Part shown: positions 9,019 through 18,198 of the stretch, piece after piece
Position numbering within the stretch: the stretch's first letter is position 1
Layout: each line of letters begins with the position of its first letter
Assembly (NCBI GenBank): GCA_016711095.1
Contig: JADJTP010000003.1
Location: 273,378 to 337,377 of the forward strand
From: Actinomycetales bacterium
GTDB lineage: Bacteria > Actinomycetota > Actinomycetes > Actinomycetales > Dermatophilaceae
DNA length: 64,000 nt
Direction of reading: 5' to 3'
Translations under genes and position numbers: made by a program
The notes under the pieces: generated by a model
Database searches by the model: none
Seen by the model: only the letters and a program-made list of their open reading frames with translations
What the model was told of the DNA's origin: nothing

Positions 9019-10369
9019 GAGACGCCCGTCCCACCGGTCTGCGAGTCCTCCTGGGTCGGCGACGATTCCGGCGGCACCGGCACGAACCGCACCCGGGCGA
9101 CCCGCCGGCCCTCCATCCGCTGGACGCGAACCTCCCAGCCTGGCAAGCGGACTGCATCGCCGCGCTCGGGTACCCGGCCCAAGGCCGCCACTCGCGCAGC
9201 CGCCCATCCAGGGCGCCCGCTCGTATGGCGCTGGTCCGGCACCGCGACCCCGAGCCGGGCGGCGCGCCTCGTCCGGGCAGCCGGGGCACCGACCACGAGC
9301 CGTCGCTGGCCCGGCGGCCGGAGACCCCCGCACGGTCATGTTCGTCGGCGATTTCGCCGACGAGCTCCTCGACAACGTCTTCGAGGGTGACGACGCCCGA
9401 TGTGCCGCCGTACTCGTCGACGACGAGCGCGAGCTGCAAACCCGACTCTCGCAGTTGGGCGAGCAAGGCCTCGAGCCGGATCGTCTCGGGAACGACAACG
9501 TGTCCGACCATGAGCGCCGACACCGGCACCCTCGCTCGACGCTCCGGCGGGACGGAGATCGCCCGCTTGAGATGGACTATGCCGTCGATGTCGTCCCAGT
9601 CCTCACCGACCACAGGGAACCGCGAGTGGCCCGTCGAGCGGGCCAGGTCGACGACGTCGGCGGCGCTGGCGGTCCGCTGGATGGAGGTGGCCCGCATCCG
9701 GGGGGTCATGACGTCGGCGGCGGTGCGGTCGCCGAAAATCGAGGGTCCGGGTCACCCGCTCGGCCGTCGATGCTTCCAGCGTCCCGACCTGGGCCGAGCG
9801 CCGCACCAGACTGGCCAACTCCTGGGGCGTCCGAGCGCCGGACAACTCTTCCCCGGGCTCGATGCCGACGAGCCGTAGGAAGCCGTTGGCTGAGCCGTTG
9901 AGCAGAGCGATGAGCGGCTTGGCCGCCACGGCGAAGATGCGCACGGGCACTGCCACGACCTTTGCCGTCGCCAGCGGCGCGGAGATGCCCAAGAACTGCG
10001 GCACGAGTTCGCCGAACACCATCGAGAACGCGGTGACGAGCACCAGCGAAGCCGCGGTGGACACCGACTCGACCGACGAGGCCGGCAGCACCTCCGACAG
10101 AGGTCCGGCCAGCAACCGCCCGACCGAGGGCTGAGCCAGGAACCCGACGAGCAGGGTCGTCAGCGTGATGCCGACCTGGGCTGCGGAGAGCTGCGTCGAG
10201 AGCCAACGCAGCGAACTCAGCACGACGCGGGCTCCGGAGTCGCCCGCATCAACACGGCCCGTTGGACGGCGGGCCGGTCCAGCGCGACCAGCGAGAACTC
10301 GACCGCGACGAAGACCGCGGTGCCCAACGTCAGCACGATCGCGAGCAACGCGAGGAGCCATTCGCCCAT
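9015..10369 (-). pseudogene. DUF21/CBS/CorC_HlyC (TlyC/CNNM-type) membrane protein, at least 4 frameshifts as sequenced
   Basis: The true N-terminus MGEWLLALLAIVLTLGTAVFVAVEFSLVALDRPAVQRAV (ATG 10369) is out of frame with the rest, DAGDSGARVVLSSLRWLSTQLSAAQVGITLTT.... The later pieces are FGDRTAADVMTPRMRATS...LVVDEYGGTSGVVTLEDVVEELVGEI and the CorC end LGRVPERGDAVRLPGWEVRVQRMEGRRVARVRF. The junctions are near 10255-10262, the A4 run 9735-9738, about 9285 and about 9262. Confidence 0.8.
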
Positions 10370-10449
10370 AGTCCACTCACTCTAACCGCGCCCGTCGACG
10401 TCGACCGTCAGGGCACCAGTCAGTCCGGCCATCCACACCGCCCCGGCAT

Positions 10450-10487
10450 GTATGCCGCGCCACGAAATCCGCCCCGAGGCGGCATAC
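10450..10487. repeat. inverted pair of the abundant 9-mer (GTATGCCGC ... GCGGCATAC) in a divergent promoter region
   Basis: GTATGCCGC at 10450-10458 and GCGGCATAC at 10479-10487 are separated by 20 nt. They lie between the tlyC-like start (10369, minus) and the acyl-CoA dehydrogenase start (10498, plus). Confidence 0.8.
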
Positions 10488-10497
10488 CGGGGAGATC

Positions 10498-12438
10498 ATG
10501 TCTGTCATGACGTTGACCAGCCCGCCCACGCCCAGCGACCCCACCCCGACGTCGGCTCCCTCGGCCAGCCCCACCTATGCCGAGTCGCGCCAGGTCGCCG
10601 AGGCCGGCCGGGAGACCGACTGGAAGCTGCCCTCCTTCGGCAAAGAACTCTTCCTCGGCACCTTCCGGCTCGACCTCATCCATCCGCAACCGGTCCCGGA
10701 CCCCGAGGCAGAGGCCGAGGGCGCCGAGTTCCTCGCGCGGGTGCGGGCCTTCCTCGTCGAGCATGTCGACCCTCTGCAGATCGAGCGTGACGCCAAGATC
10801 CCCGACCATGTCATCGAGGGAATGCGCCAGCTCGGTGCCTTCGGCGTGAAGATCGACAAGAGCTACGGCGGCCTCGGGCTCTCGCAGCTGACCTACACCC
10901 GGATGCTTTCCCTCGTCGGCACCTACAACGCTGCCCTCGCCGTGCTGGTGAGCGCTCACCAGTCGATCGGCCTGCCCGAGCCGTTGCGCGGCTTCGGCAC
11001 CGAGGAACAGAAGCAGGCCTGGCTGCCGCGGATGGCACGCGGGGAGATCTCGGCGTTTCTGCTCACCGAGCCAGACGTCGGCTCCGACCCGGCCCGGATG
11101 AGCTCGAGCGCCGTCCCGCTGCCCGACGGCAGCGGCTACGTCCTCAACGGCCAGAAGCTGTGGGCGACCAACGGGACCGTCGCGACCGTCGTCGTGGTCA
11201 TGGCCAAGGTGCCCAAGAGCGAGGGCCACCGCGGTGGGATCACCGCCTTCATCGTGCCGACCGACCTGCCCGGAGTGCGAGTCGTGACCCGAAACGACTT
11301 CATGGGCTTGCGCGGCCTGGAGAACTCCCTCACCGAGTTCGAGAACGTCCACGTGCCCACCGACGCGGTCATCGGTGCCGAAGGCCTGGGCCTGAAGATT
11401 GCCCTGACCACGCTCAACACCGGTCGCCTCGCCGTCCCGACGATGTGCGCGGGGGCCTCGCGGTATGCCCTGAAGATCGCCCGGGAATTCGCGGTGACCC
11501 GCAACCAGTGGGGGAAACCGGTGGGCAAGCACGACGCCGTCGCCCAACGGCTGGCACTCATCGCCGGATCGGTCTTCGCCCTCGAGGCGATCGTCGACGT
11601 CGCGACCAAGCTCGCCGACGACCATCGCAACGACATCCGTATCGAGGCGGCCCTCGCCAAGCTTTTCAGCACGGAACTGGGCTGGGTGGTCATCGACAAC
11701 ATGGTCCAGATCCGCGGCGGGCGCGCCTACGAGACGGCCGAGTCGCTGCTGCGACGTGGTGAGGCTCCGATCCCCGCCGAGCAGCTCCTTCGCGACATGC
11801 GAATCAACCGGATCTTCGAAGGCTCCACCGAGATCATGCACTTGCTCATCGCCCGCGAGGCGGTCGACCAGCACCTGCAGGTCGCCGGTGACCTGCTGAC
11901 AACCCGCAAACCGGCCGAGTTGGCCCGGGCCGGTGCGAAGGCCGGGAAGTTCTACGCCGGGTGGTTCCCTCACCTGGCCACCGGCGAGGGCCAGAACCCC
12001 CGCGCGTATGCCGAGTTCGGCGAGCTCGCGACGCACCTGCGGTTCGTCGAACGCAGTGCCCGCAAGCTAGCCCGCTCGACGTTTTATCTCATGGGCCGTT
12101 ACCAGGGCCGCCTGGAGCAGAAGGGCGCCCTGCTCGCCCGCGTCGTCGACATCGGCGCCGAGCTCTTCGCGATGTCCTGCTCGGTCGTGCGGGCCGACAC
12201 CAAAGGGCGCGTCGAGCGCCCCGAGCACGCCGAGGACGCCGCCCAGCTCGCCGACCTCTTCTGCCGACAGTCCCGCCGCCGCGTCGACGAGCTCTTCCAC
12301 GAGCTGTGGCACAACGACGACGACCTGGCATATGGGGTGGCGATGGACGTGCTGAGCGGGCGGCACCTGTGGTTCGAGGAGGGCATCCTCGATCCGGCCG
12401 ACCCCCACGGCGAGGTGCCCAACCACACGACCGACTGA
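10498..12438 (+). CDS. acyl-CoA dehydrogenase family protein (long, ~646 aa)
   Basis: Intact ORF with IPDHVIEGMRQLGAFGVKIDKSYGGLG, LLTEPDVGSDPARM, QIRGGRAYETAE and IFEGSTEIMHLLIAREA. Confidence 0.88.
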   Translation: MSVMTLTSPPTPSDPTPTSAPSASPTYAESRQVAEAGRETDWKLPSFGKELFLGTFRLDLIHPQPVPDPEAEAEGAEFLARVRAFLVEHVDPLQIERDAKIPDHVIEGMRQLGAFGVKIDKSYGGLGLSQLTYTRMLSLVGTYNAALAVLVSAHQSIGLPEPLRGFGTEEQKQAWLPRMARGEISAFLLTEPDVGSDPARMSSSAVPLPDGSGYVLNGQKLWATNGTVATVVVVMAKVPKSEGHRGGITAFIVPTDLPGVRVVTRNDFMGLRGLENSLTEFENVHVPTDAVIGAEGLGLKIALTTLNTGRLAVPTMCAGASRYALKIAREFAVTRNQWGKPVGKHDAVAQRLALIAGSVFALEAIVDVATKLADDHRNDIRIEAALAKLFSTELGWVVIDNMVQIRGGRAYETAESLLRRGEAPIPAEQLLRDMRINRIFEGSTEIMHLLIAREAVDQHLQVAGDLLTTRKPAELARAGAKAGKFYAGWFPHLATGEGQNPRAYAEFGELATHLRFVERSARKLARSTFYLMGRYQGRLEQKGALLARVVDIGAELFAMSCSVVRADTKGRVERPEHAEDAAQLADLFCRQSRRRVDELFHELWHNDDDLAYGVAMDVLSGRHLWFEEGILDPADPHGEVPNHTTD

Positions 12439-12452
12439 TCGGCGGCATACGA

Positions 12453-12494
12453 AAAGTCCCCTCCCAACGTGGTGACACCCTGGGAGGGGACTTT
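12453..12494. terminator. bidirectional hairpin terminator between convergent genes
   Basis: AAAGTCCCCTCCCA (12453-12466) pairs perfectly with TGGGAGGGGACTTT (12481-12494) around a 14-nt loop. It lies between the acyl-CoA dehydrogenase stop (12438) and the permease stop (12515). Confidence 0.7.
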
Positions 12495-12514
12495 CGGTTA
12501 GGGGCGTGTGGCGC

Positions 12515-13378
12515 TCAGCCTTTCACGGCCCCGGAGGTCATGCCGCGGATCATGAAGCGCTGAAGCACCACGAAGACGATCATCGGCACGACGATCGAGA
12601 TGAACGCCCCCGCGGTCAGCAGTTCAGCACCCTGTCCCTGGCTGCCGAGCAGTTGCTGCAGCTTGACGATGACCGTCGTGTTCTCGCTCCTGAGGAAGAG
12701 CTTGGCCACGAGCAGGTCGTTCCACACCCAGAGGAACTGGAGCGTGGCGAACGCCGCGATGGCGGGGATCGACATCGGCGCCACGAGCCTCCAGAAGGTC
12801 TGGAAGTGGCTGCACCCATCGATCTTCGCCGACTCGACGACACTGCGCGGAAGTGTGCTCATGTAGTTGCGCAACGTGTAGATGCACAGCGGCATACCGA
12901 ACCCGGTGTGCAGCAACCACACCGCGATGTACTGCCCGGAGATGCCGAGACCACGCGGGCCCAGGAGGTTGAGCATCGGCTGGAACGCGACCTGGATCGG
13001 CACGACCATGACCGCGATGATGAGCAGGAAGAACAGCTCCTTGAACCGGAACTCCATGAACGTGAACGCGTAGGCGGCGAACGCTGCGAACATGATCGGA
13101 ATGATGGTGGCCGGGATCGCGATGACGAGGCTGTTGATGAACCCCGCCCCGAAGTCCTGCCCCGTCCACGCGCCGGAGTAGTTGCTCGCCGTCCAGTCCG
13201 CCCCGAAGGGGTTGAGCAGGGCGGTCCACCAACCGGAGGAGAGCGCGTCGTCACGGCTACGGAACGACGTGACGAGCAGGCCCAGGGTCGGGACCGTCCA
13301 GAGCAAAGCCACGATCGTCATGACGACAATCGAGAAGGTGCTCCTGGGTCGACCGTCCTTCATCAGTTTGCGGCTCAT
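12515..13378 (-). CDS. carbohydrate ABC transporter permease (MalG/AglG-like)
   Basis: 287 aa from ATG 13378, which overlaps the upstream stop as ATGA. MSRKLMKDGRPRSTFSIVVMTIVALLW..., with the EAA-type loop VVESAKIDGCSHFQTFWRLVAPM. Confidence 0.88.
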   Translation of the reverse strand: MSRKLMKDGRPRSTFSIVVMTIVALLWTVPTLGLLVTSFRSRDDALSSGWWTALLNPFGADWTASNYSGAWTGQDFGAGFINSLVIAIPATIIPIMFAAFAAYAFTFMEFRFKELFFLLIIAVMVVPIQVAFQPMLNLLGPRGLGISGQYIAVWLLHTGFGMPLCIYTLRNYMSTLPRSVVESAKIDGCSHFQTFWRLVAPMSIPAIAAFATLQFLWVWNDLLVAKLFLRSENTTVIVKLQQLLGSQGQGAELLTAGAFISIVVPMIVFVVLQRFMIRGMTSGAVKG

Positions 13379-14526
13379 CGGGCTCCCTCCTCGTCGCGGA
13401 AGTGCTTGATCTGGTACCAGATGAGCGGGGTCACTGCGATGAGCAGGACGACCACGATCGCGGTGGCCTGGCCGGCCTCGCTCGCCGCGAACAGCTTGTT
13501 GAAGAAGAGGTTCGCGATCACGTTCGTGCCGTAGGCGCCGTTGGTCGAGACATAGACGATGTCGAAGATCTTGAGCACCGTGATGAAGACGGTCACGAAG
13601 ACCGTAATGATCGAACCCTTGATCTGCGGGATGACGACCTGCCAGAAGATCTGGAACTCGCCCGCACCGTCGATTCGAGCCGCCTCGAGAGTGTCCTCCG
13701 GAACGCCCTTGATGGCCGAGCTGAGCAGGACCATCGAGAAGCCAGCCTGCAACCAGATGAGGATCACCATCAACAGGATTGAGTTGAGCTTGACGGTCTC
13801 GATCTGGAGCCAAACCTGCGGGGACCCGCCCAGGCCCGTCCAGATCGCGTTGAGCAGACCGGTCTGGGTCTGGCCCGGGTTGTTGTAGGCGTAGACGAGA
13901 CCCCAGATCGCGGTGGCTCCGACGGCCGAGATGGCCATCGGCAGGAAGACCAGGCTCTTGGCGAGCTTCTCACCGCCTGCCGAGAGCTTGTCAGACAGGA
14001 CCGCGACGATGACGCCGAACGCGACGACGAGCGCCGGCACAATGAGCAGCCACAGGACATTGTTGATGATCGACTGCCGGAACTCGTTGTCCGCGAAGAT
14101 CGTCTGATAGTTCTGCAGCCCTACGTAGGCGGTGCTGTCGCGGTTGGCGAACGAGTAGTTCACCGTCTGGAAGGTCGGATAGATGAGCATCAAGGCGACG
14201 AGCCCGAAGCCCGGAAGCAGGAACGCGTAAGGGATCACGCCATCGGAGAGCCGGTTGGGCAGACCCTCGACGAACATGTTCAAGAAGTAGAAGAGCAGTG
14301 CGGCTCCGCCGACTCCGCCGACGACCGCGAGCAGCCCGACGACGATCTTGCTGCCGAACTTCTCCGGGTAGTAGCCGAAGGCGAGGAAGAGGTTGGCCAG
14401 ACCCCAGACGATGGCTGCCATCCCCACAATGCCGATGGCGATCTTGCCCGGGTTTGCGCGCATGGCGCGCTCCGGATCCCGTGCTTGGGCGCGACCCGGC
14501 GCCACGGTGGCGGTGTCGGCGCTCAT
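13375..14526 (-). CDS. carbohydrate ABC transporter permease (MalF/AglF-like, extended N-terminus)
   Basis: Contains LEAARIDGAGEFQIFWQVVIPQIKG and multiple transmembrane segments. ATG 14526 overlaps the binding-protein stop as ATGA. The track start at 14538 is in frame and remains an alternative. Confidence 0.85.
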   Translation of the reverse strand: MSADTATVAPGRAQARDPERAMRANPGKIAIGIVGMAAIVWGLANLFLAFGYYPEKFGSKIVVGLLAVVGGVGGAALLFYFLNMFVEGLPNRLSDGVIPYAFLLPGFGLVALMLIYPTFQTVNYSFANRDSTAYVGLQNYQTIFADNEFRQSIINNVLWLLIVPALVVAFGVIVAVLSDKLSAGGEKLAKSLVFLPMAISAVGATAIWGLVYAYNNPGQTQTGLLNAIWTGLGGSPQVWLQIETVKLNSILLMVILIWLQAGFSMVLLSSAIKGVPEDTLEAARIDGAGEFQIFWQVVIPQIKGSIITVFVTVFITVLKIFDIVYVSTNGAYGTNVIANLFFNKLFAASEAGQATAIVVVLLIAVTPLIWYQIKHFRDEEGAR

Positions 14527-15872
14527 GACTTCGGCCACGTCGCTTCGATGCTGTCAGCCGTCGCCTGTGAGCTCTGCCCGTTGACCCACTTGACCATCTC
14601 GGTCCAGAAGGTGCCCGAGCCGACAGCCTTGGGCATGACGTCGGAACCGTCGAAGACGATGGTGTCGGCCTCGTTGGCCATGGCGGCGACGGTCTTCGTC
14701 AACTGGTCGGGGTAGTTGGCGACGTCGAAGGTCTTGTGCGGCGACATCCAGCCACCAGCCTTGGCCCACGGTCCACCGAACTTGTCCGAGGTGAGGAACT
14801 GCATGACCTTCTTCGCGTCGTCGTCGTTGCCGTTGAACAGCGCCGCGAGGTCGCCGCCACCGAGCAGAGACGTCCCCGAGAAGCCACCCTCGAACTCTGG
14901 GGCCGTGAACAGCCCGACCTCCGAGTCGATGTTCGCGGCGATCGTCTTGGGCAGGAAGCCTGCGTAGAAGCTGCCCATCTTCATCAGCATGCACGCTGGG
15001 GGGTTTGTGAACGCGGGCGTCATGGCCTCACCGAACGGGGTGGCGGTGATGCCCTTCGTGTCGCCGAGCACCTGGCCCGGGGTCTTGGCGATCTTGGCGA
15101 ACTCGTCGAAGGCCTTGACGATGCGCGCGTCGTTGAAGGGAATCCGGTGGTAGATCCAGTCCTGGTAGACGTCGGGACCGTACATCTTGAGCACGAGCTC
15201 CTCGATCCAGTCCGTGCCGACCCAACCGGTGGCCTGGTCCGATTCCCACCCCATGCACCACGGTGCCGCGCCCTTGCCCTTGATCTGCTGGGAGAGAGGC
15301 CCGACCATCTCCTGCCACGTGGTCGCCGGCTTCAGCCCGGCGGCGTCGAACGCCTTCTTCGGATACCAGATGAGGCTCTTGACGGCGTTGCGCATCGGGG
15401 CGCCGTAGACACGGCCCTTGTAGCGCGTCGCGTCGAGCAGGCCCGGCAGGAGGGTCGAGTCGAGCTTGTCGTAGTCGAGGTAGGTGTCGATGGGCTGGAC
15501 CTTGCCCTGGGCTGCGAACTCGATGAGTCCGCCGGGCTGCGGGAAGAGCCCGATGTCCGGCGTGTCTCCCGAGGACACCTTCTGTTTGACGGTGGTCGTG
15601 AAGTCTTGGTCTGCGGTGTACTGGATGTCAATGCCGGATGTCTGCTCGAACTCCGCGAGCGAGGCGTTGAAGCGCTTCTCCTCGTCACCGCCGAAGGCCC
15701 CGAGGATCGTCACCTTCTTGTCGCCGTCGGCGCTGCCACCGTCGACGAAGCCGCCGAGACCCGCGCCGCCCCCGCCGCCGGTCGGATTGGGGTTCTGAAG
15801 ACACCCCGCGAGCGCCGTCATCGCGATCACCACGCCACCGGCCAGGACGACTCTCTTTCGCATTCCATTCAT
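14523..15872 (-). CDS. ABC transporter substrate-binding lipoprotein (sugar family 1)
   Basis: 449 aa. The lipobox LAGC sits in MNGMRKRVVLAGGVVIAMTALAGCLQ. A GAAGGAG RBS lies 7 nt upstream of ATG 15872. It is the first gene of the operon containing the two permeases. Confidence 0.88.
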   Translation of the reverse strand: MNGMRKRVVLAGGVVIAMTALAGCLQNPNPTGGGGGAGLGGFVDGGSADGDKKVTILGAFGGDEEKRFNASLAEFEQTSGIDIQYTADQDFTTTVKQKVSSGDTPDIGLFPQPGGLIEFAAQGKVQPIDTYLDYDKLDSTLLPGLLDATRYKGRVYGAPMRNAVKSLIWYPKKAFDAAGLKPATTWQEMVGPLSQQIKGKGAAPWCMGWESDQATGWVGTDWIEELVLKMYGPDVYQDWIYHRIPFNDARIVKAFDEFAKIAKTPGQVLGDTKGITATPFGEAMTPAFTNPPACMLMKMGSFYAGFLPKTIAANIDSEVGLFTAPEFEGGFSGTSLLGGGDLAALFNGNDDDAKKVMQFLTSDKFGGPWAKAGGWMSPHKTFDVANYPDQLTKTVAAMANEADTIVFDGSDVMPKAVGSGTFWTEMVKWVNGQSSQATADSIEATWPKS

Positions 15873-15938
15873 CGCGACTCCTTCGTCAACGGTGGACCCG
15901 TCGCTGGTGACCTAGATCACACATCCGGGCGCGTTCCC

Positions 15939-15944
15939 ATTATA
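15939..15944 (-). promoter_or_regulatory. candidate -10 box (TATAAT) for the sugar ABC operon
   Basis: Plus-strand ATTATA is a perfect TATAAT on the minus strand, about 67 nt upstream of the ATG at 15872. I found no convincing -35 element. Confidence 0.35.
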
Positions 15945-16104
15945 GCCTTGGCCGAAACCGGATCCGGCGATGTCTGCAAAGAAGTTTCCAGGCCGTGAGC
16001 TAAAACGGCGTCCGCCTGGACGGCGCGATCCGGCGGGGCAGGTCCTCGCGCAGGCCCGAGTCGTGTTTCGATGGACCCATGACTTCACGATCAGGAGTGC
16101 GCAC

Positions 16105-17139
16105 ATGACTCTGAGCACACCCAACGCACCCGCTCCCACCGTCGCCCGCGGGGACGCCCTCGGCGGACAGTCGATCGTCGTCACGCAGCTCACCAAGCGC
16201 TTCGGCACACTCACCGCGGTCGACCACCTCGACTTCTCCGTCCAGCCCGGTCGGGTCACCGGGTTCCTCGGACCCAACGGCGCGGGGAAGACCACGACAC
16301 TGCGGATGCTGCTCGGGCTGGTCCGTCCGACCTCCGGCACGGCGACCATCGGCGGGGCGGCATACCACGATCTGCCCCGACCGTTGCAGACCGTCGGGGC
16401 TGCGTTGGAATCGACGAACTTCCACCCGGGCCGCAGCGGACGTGACCACCTGCGGGTGCTGGCCGCGGCGGCGGGCATCGGTGATCGGCGGGTCGACGAG
16501 TTGCTGGACCTCGTCGGCATCCCGGCACCGGCCCGCCAGCGCGCCGGCGGCTATTCGATGGGCATGCGCCAGCGCCTGGGTCTGGCTGCCGCCCTGCTGG
16601 GCGACCCGCAGGTGCTGCTGCTCGACGAACCCGCCAACGGGCTGGACCCGGAGGGGATCCGCTGGCTGCGCGAGTTCCTGCGTCACCTGGCTTCGACGGG
16701 CAAGACGGTGCTCATCTCCAGTCACATGCTCTCCGAGGTCGAACAGACCGTCGATGACGTCGTCATCATCGCCAACGGCCGAAGCGTCGCCCAAGGCTCG
16801 ATTGATGAGCTGCGTGGCGAACCGACGGTGTTCGTCCGGGCCGCCGACGAGCCATCGCTGCGCAGCGCCCTGCTCGCCGGAGGACTCGTCGCCGAACCTG
16901 CCGAGGGGGGCGGTCTGGCCGTGCGAACGCATGACGTGACCCGAGTCGGCGAGCTCGCCTTCCTAGGCGGCGTGGCCGTTCACGAGCTGCGCCCGCTGGC
17001 CAGCGACCTTGAAGATCTCTTCCTGCGGCTCACCTCGGCCCCCGAGCACCGCAACCGCAATCTCGGCGCCGCCGATGGTCTCGCTACGGGCAGCGAGCCA
17101 GGCCGACCGATCACCACCCTGCCTAGGGGGACCGACTGA
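16105..17139 (+). CDS. ABC transporter ATP-binding protein (ABC-2/DrrA-like)
   Basis: ATG 16105 follows a CAGGAG RBS. Walker A GPNGAGKTT, signature YSMGMRQRL and Walker B LLLDEP are present. The track ORF start at 15970 adds an R/P-rich, non-protein-like extension. Confidence 0.9.
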   Translation: MTLSTPNAPAPTVARGDALGGQSIVVTQLTKRFGTLTAVDHLDFSVQPGRVTGFLGPNGAGKTTTLRMLLGLVRPTSGTATIGGAAYHDLPRPLQTVGAALESTNFHPGRSGRDHLRVLAAAAGIGDRRVDELLDLVGIPAPARQRAGGYSMGMRQRLGLAAALLGDPQVLLLDEPANGLDPEGIRWLREFLRHLASTGKTVLISSHMLSEVEQTVDDVVIIANGRSVAQGSIDELRGEPTVFVRAADEPSLRSALLAGGLVAEPAEGGGLAVRTHDVTRVGELAFLGGVAVHELRPLASDLEDLFLRLTSAPEHRNRNLGAADGLATGSEPGRPITTLPRGTD

Positions 17140-17936
17140 TGTTGCTCGCGATCCGTTCGGAGTTCCGCAAGTTCTTCACCACCCGGATGTGGTGGGGCAT
17201 GGGCCTGGCCATCGTGCTGTCGGGTCTCGCCTTCGCCGCACTCAATGGGCTGCTGCTGACCAGCTCGGCGATGCAGGACATGGGCCTGAGCGCCCTGTCC
17301 GACGCAGAGCTGGCGCGCACCGTCTACACCGGCGGTCTCCAGGTCGCCTATGTGCTCACCTTGGCCATCGGGGTGCTCATGATCGGCTCGGAGTATCGTC
17401 ACAAGACGATCACCGGCACCTTCCTGGCGACCCCCAAGCGAGTGAAGGTCATGCTCGCCAAGGTCGTCGCGTTGTTGGGGATCGGCGCCGGCTATGGTGC
17501 GGCAGCGCTCGTCTCGTCGTTCGCCGTCGGTGCCATCGTCCTCAACGTCAAGGGCTACCCCATCTGGCCGGACTCCTCGATCGGGCGCACGCTGTTGCTC
17601 GGCCTGCTCGTGCTGGGCCTCTGGGCGCTCATCGGGCTCGGCATCGGCATCCTCATCCCCAACCAGATCGTCGCCCTGTTCGTGGCCATCGGGGTTGCCT
17701 GGATTGTAGAACCGCTGTTGACGTTGCTGTTCTCTTCCCAGGAGTGGGGCCGCGGGCTCGTGCGTTTCTTCCCCTCCAGCGCGACAACATCGGTGCTCGG
17801 CGCCTCTGCTCAGGCTGGCCCTGGTATCAGCATCCCGACGTTCGAGTGGTGGGGCGCAGCCCTCGTGCTGATCGCCTATGCCGCGATCATGGCGGTCATC
17901 GGCTCGGCGCTCACCGTCCGCCGCGACGTCACCTGA
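17139..17936 (+). CDS. ABC-2 type transporter permease
   Basis: 265 aa, MLLAIRSEFRKFFTTRMWWGMGLAIVLSGL..., with about 6 transmembrane segments. The start overlaps the ATPase stop as TGATG. Confidence 0.85.
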   Translation: MLLAIRSEFRKFFTTRMWWGMGLAIVLSGLAFAALNGLLLTSSAMQDMGLSALSDAELARTVYTGGLQVAYVLTLAIGVLMIGSEYRHKTITGTFLATPKRVKVMLAKVVALLGIGAGYGAAALVSSFAVGAIVLNVKGYPIWPDSSIGRTLLLGLLVLGLWALIGLGIGILIPNQIVALFVAIGVAWIVEPLLTLLFSSQEWGRGLVRFFPSSATTSVLGASAQAGPGISIPTFEWWGAALVLIAYAAIMAVIGSALTVRRDVT

Positions 17937-18198
17937 TCGCCGCGGCATACCGGCCGTGTGCTTCCCACCGCAGCGCCGGTCTGCCGCCTGATCACCGCGA
18001 CGCTTGCAGTGGGGTGCGCCGGACCGGCGCGCCGTCGCCGTCCCTGGCCGTTCCGCATGGCGGTGAGGCGTTCCGGCTCGGATGGGCGCGGGCTAGTCTG
18101 AGACCGGCCGCGCGTGTCGCATGGACCTGCGCCGTCGCGCACCCCCAGGCAGCCGTCCCCGACGTCACCGTCGACGCACCGAAAGAGGCGAGGCACCC

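Noticed and set aside
2712-10369. Programmed ribosomal frameshifting or transcriptional slippage as the explanation for the split genes.
   Set aside because: There are no slippery heptamers or downstream stimulatory structures. The events sit at plain mononucleotide runs in unrelated housekeeping genes, and apparently in a tRNA stem. Indels of both signs occur.
10420-12036. Long antisense ORFs opposite recognised genes. The set includes 10420..12036-, 17992..19926-, 31419..33728+, 37189..38520-, 49167..52682+, 52634..55852+, 59633..61321-, 5302..6837+, 27779..29425+, 12506..13534+, 14736..15998+ and 39806..40864-.
   Set aside because: Each lies opposite a gene with clear family motifs. All have Arg/Pro/Gly-dominated, low-information translations. 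None has an RBS-supported start.
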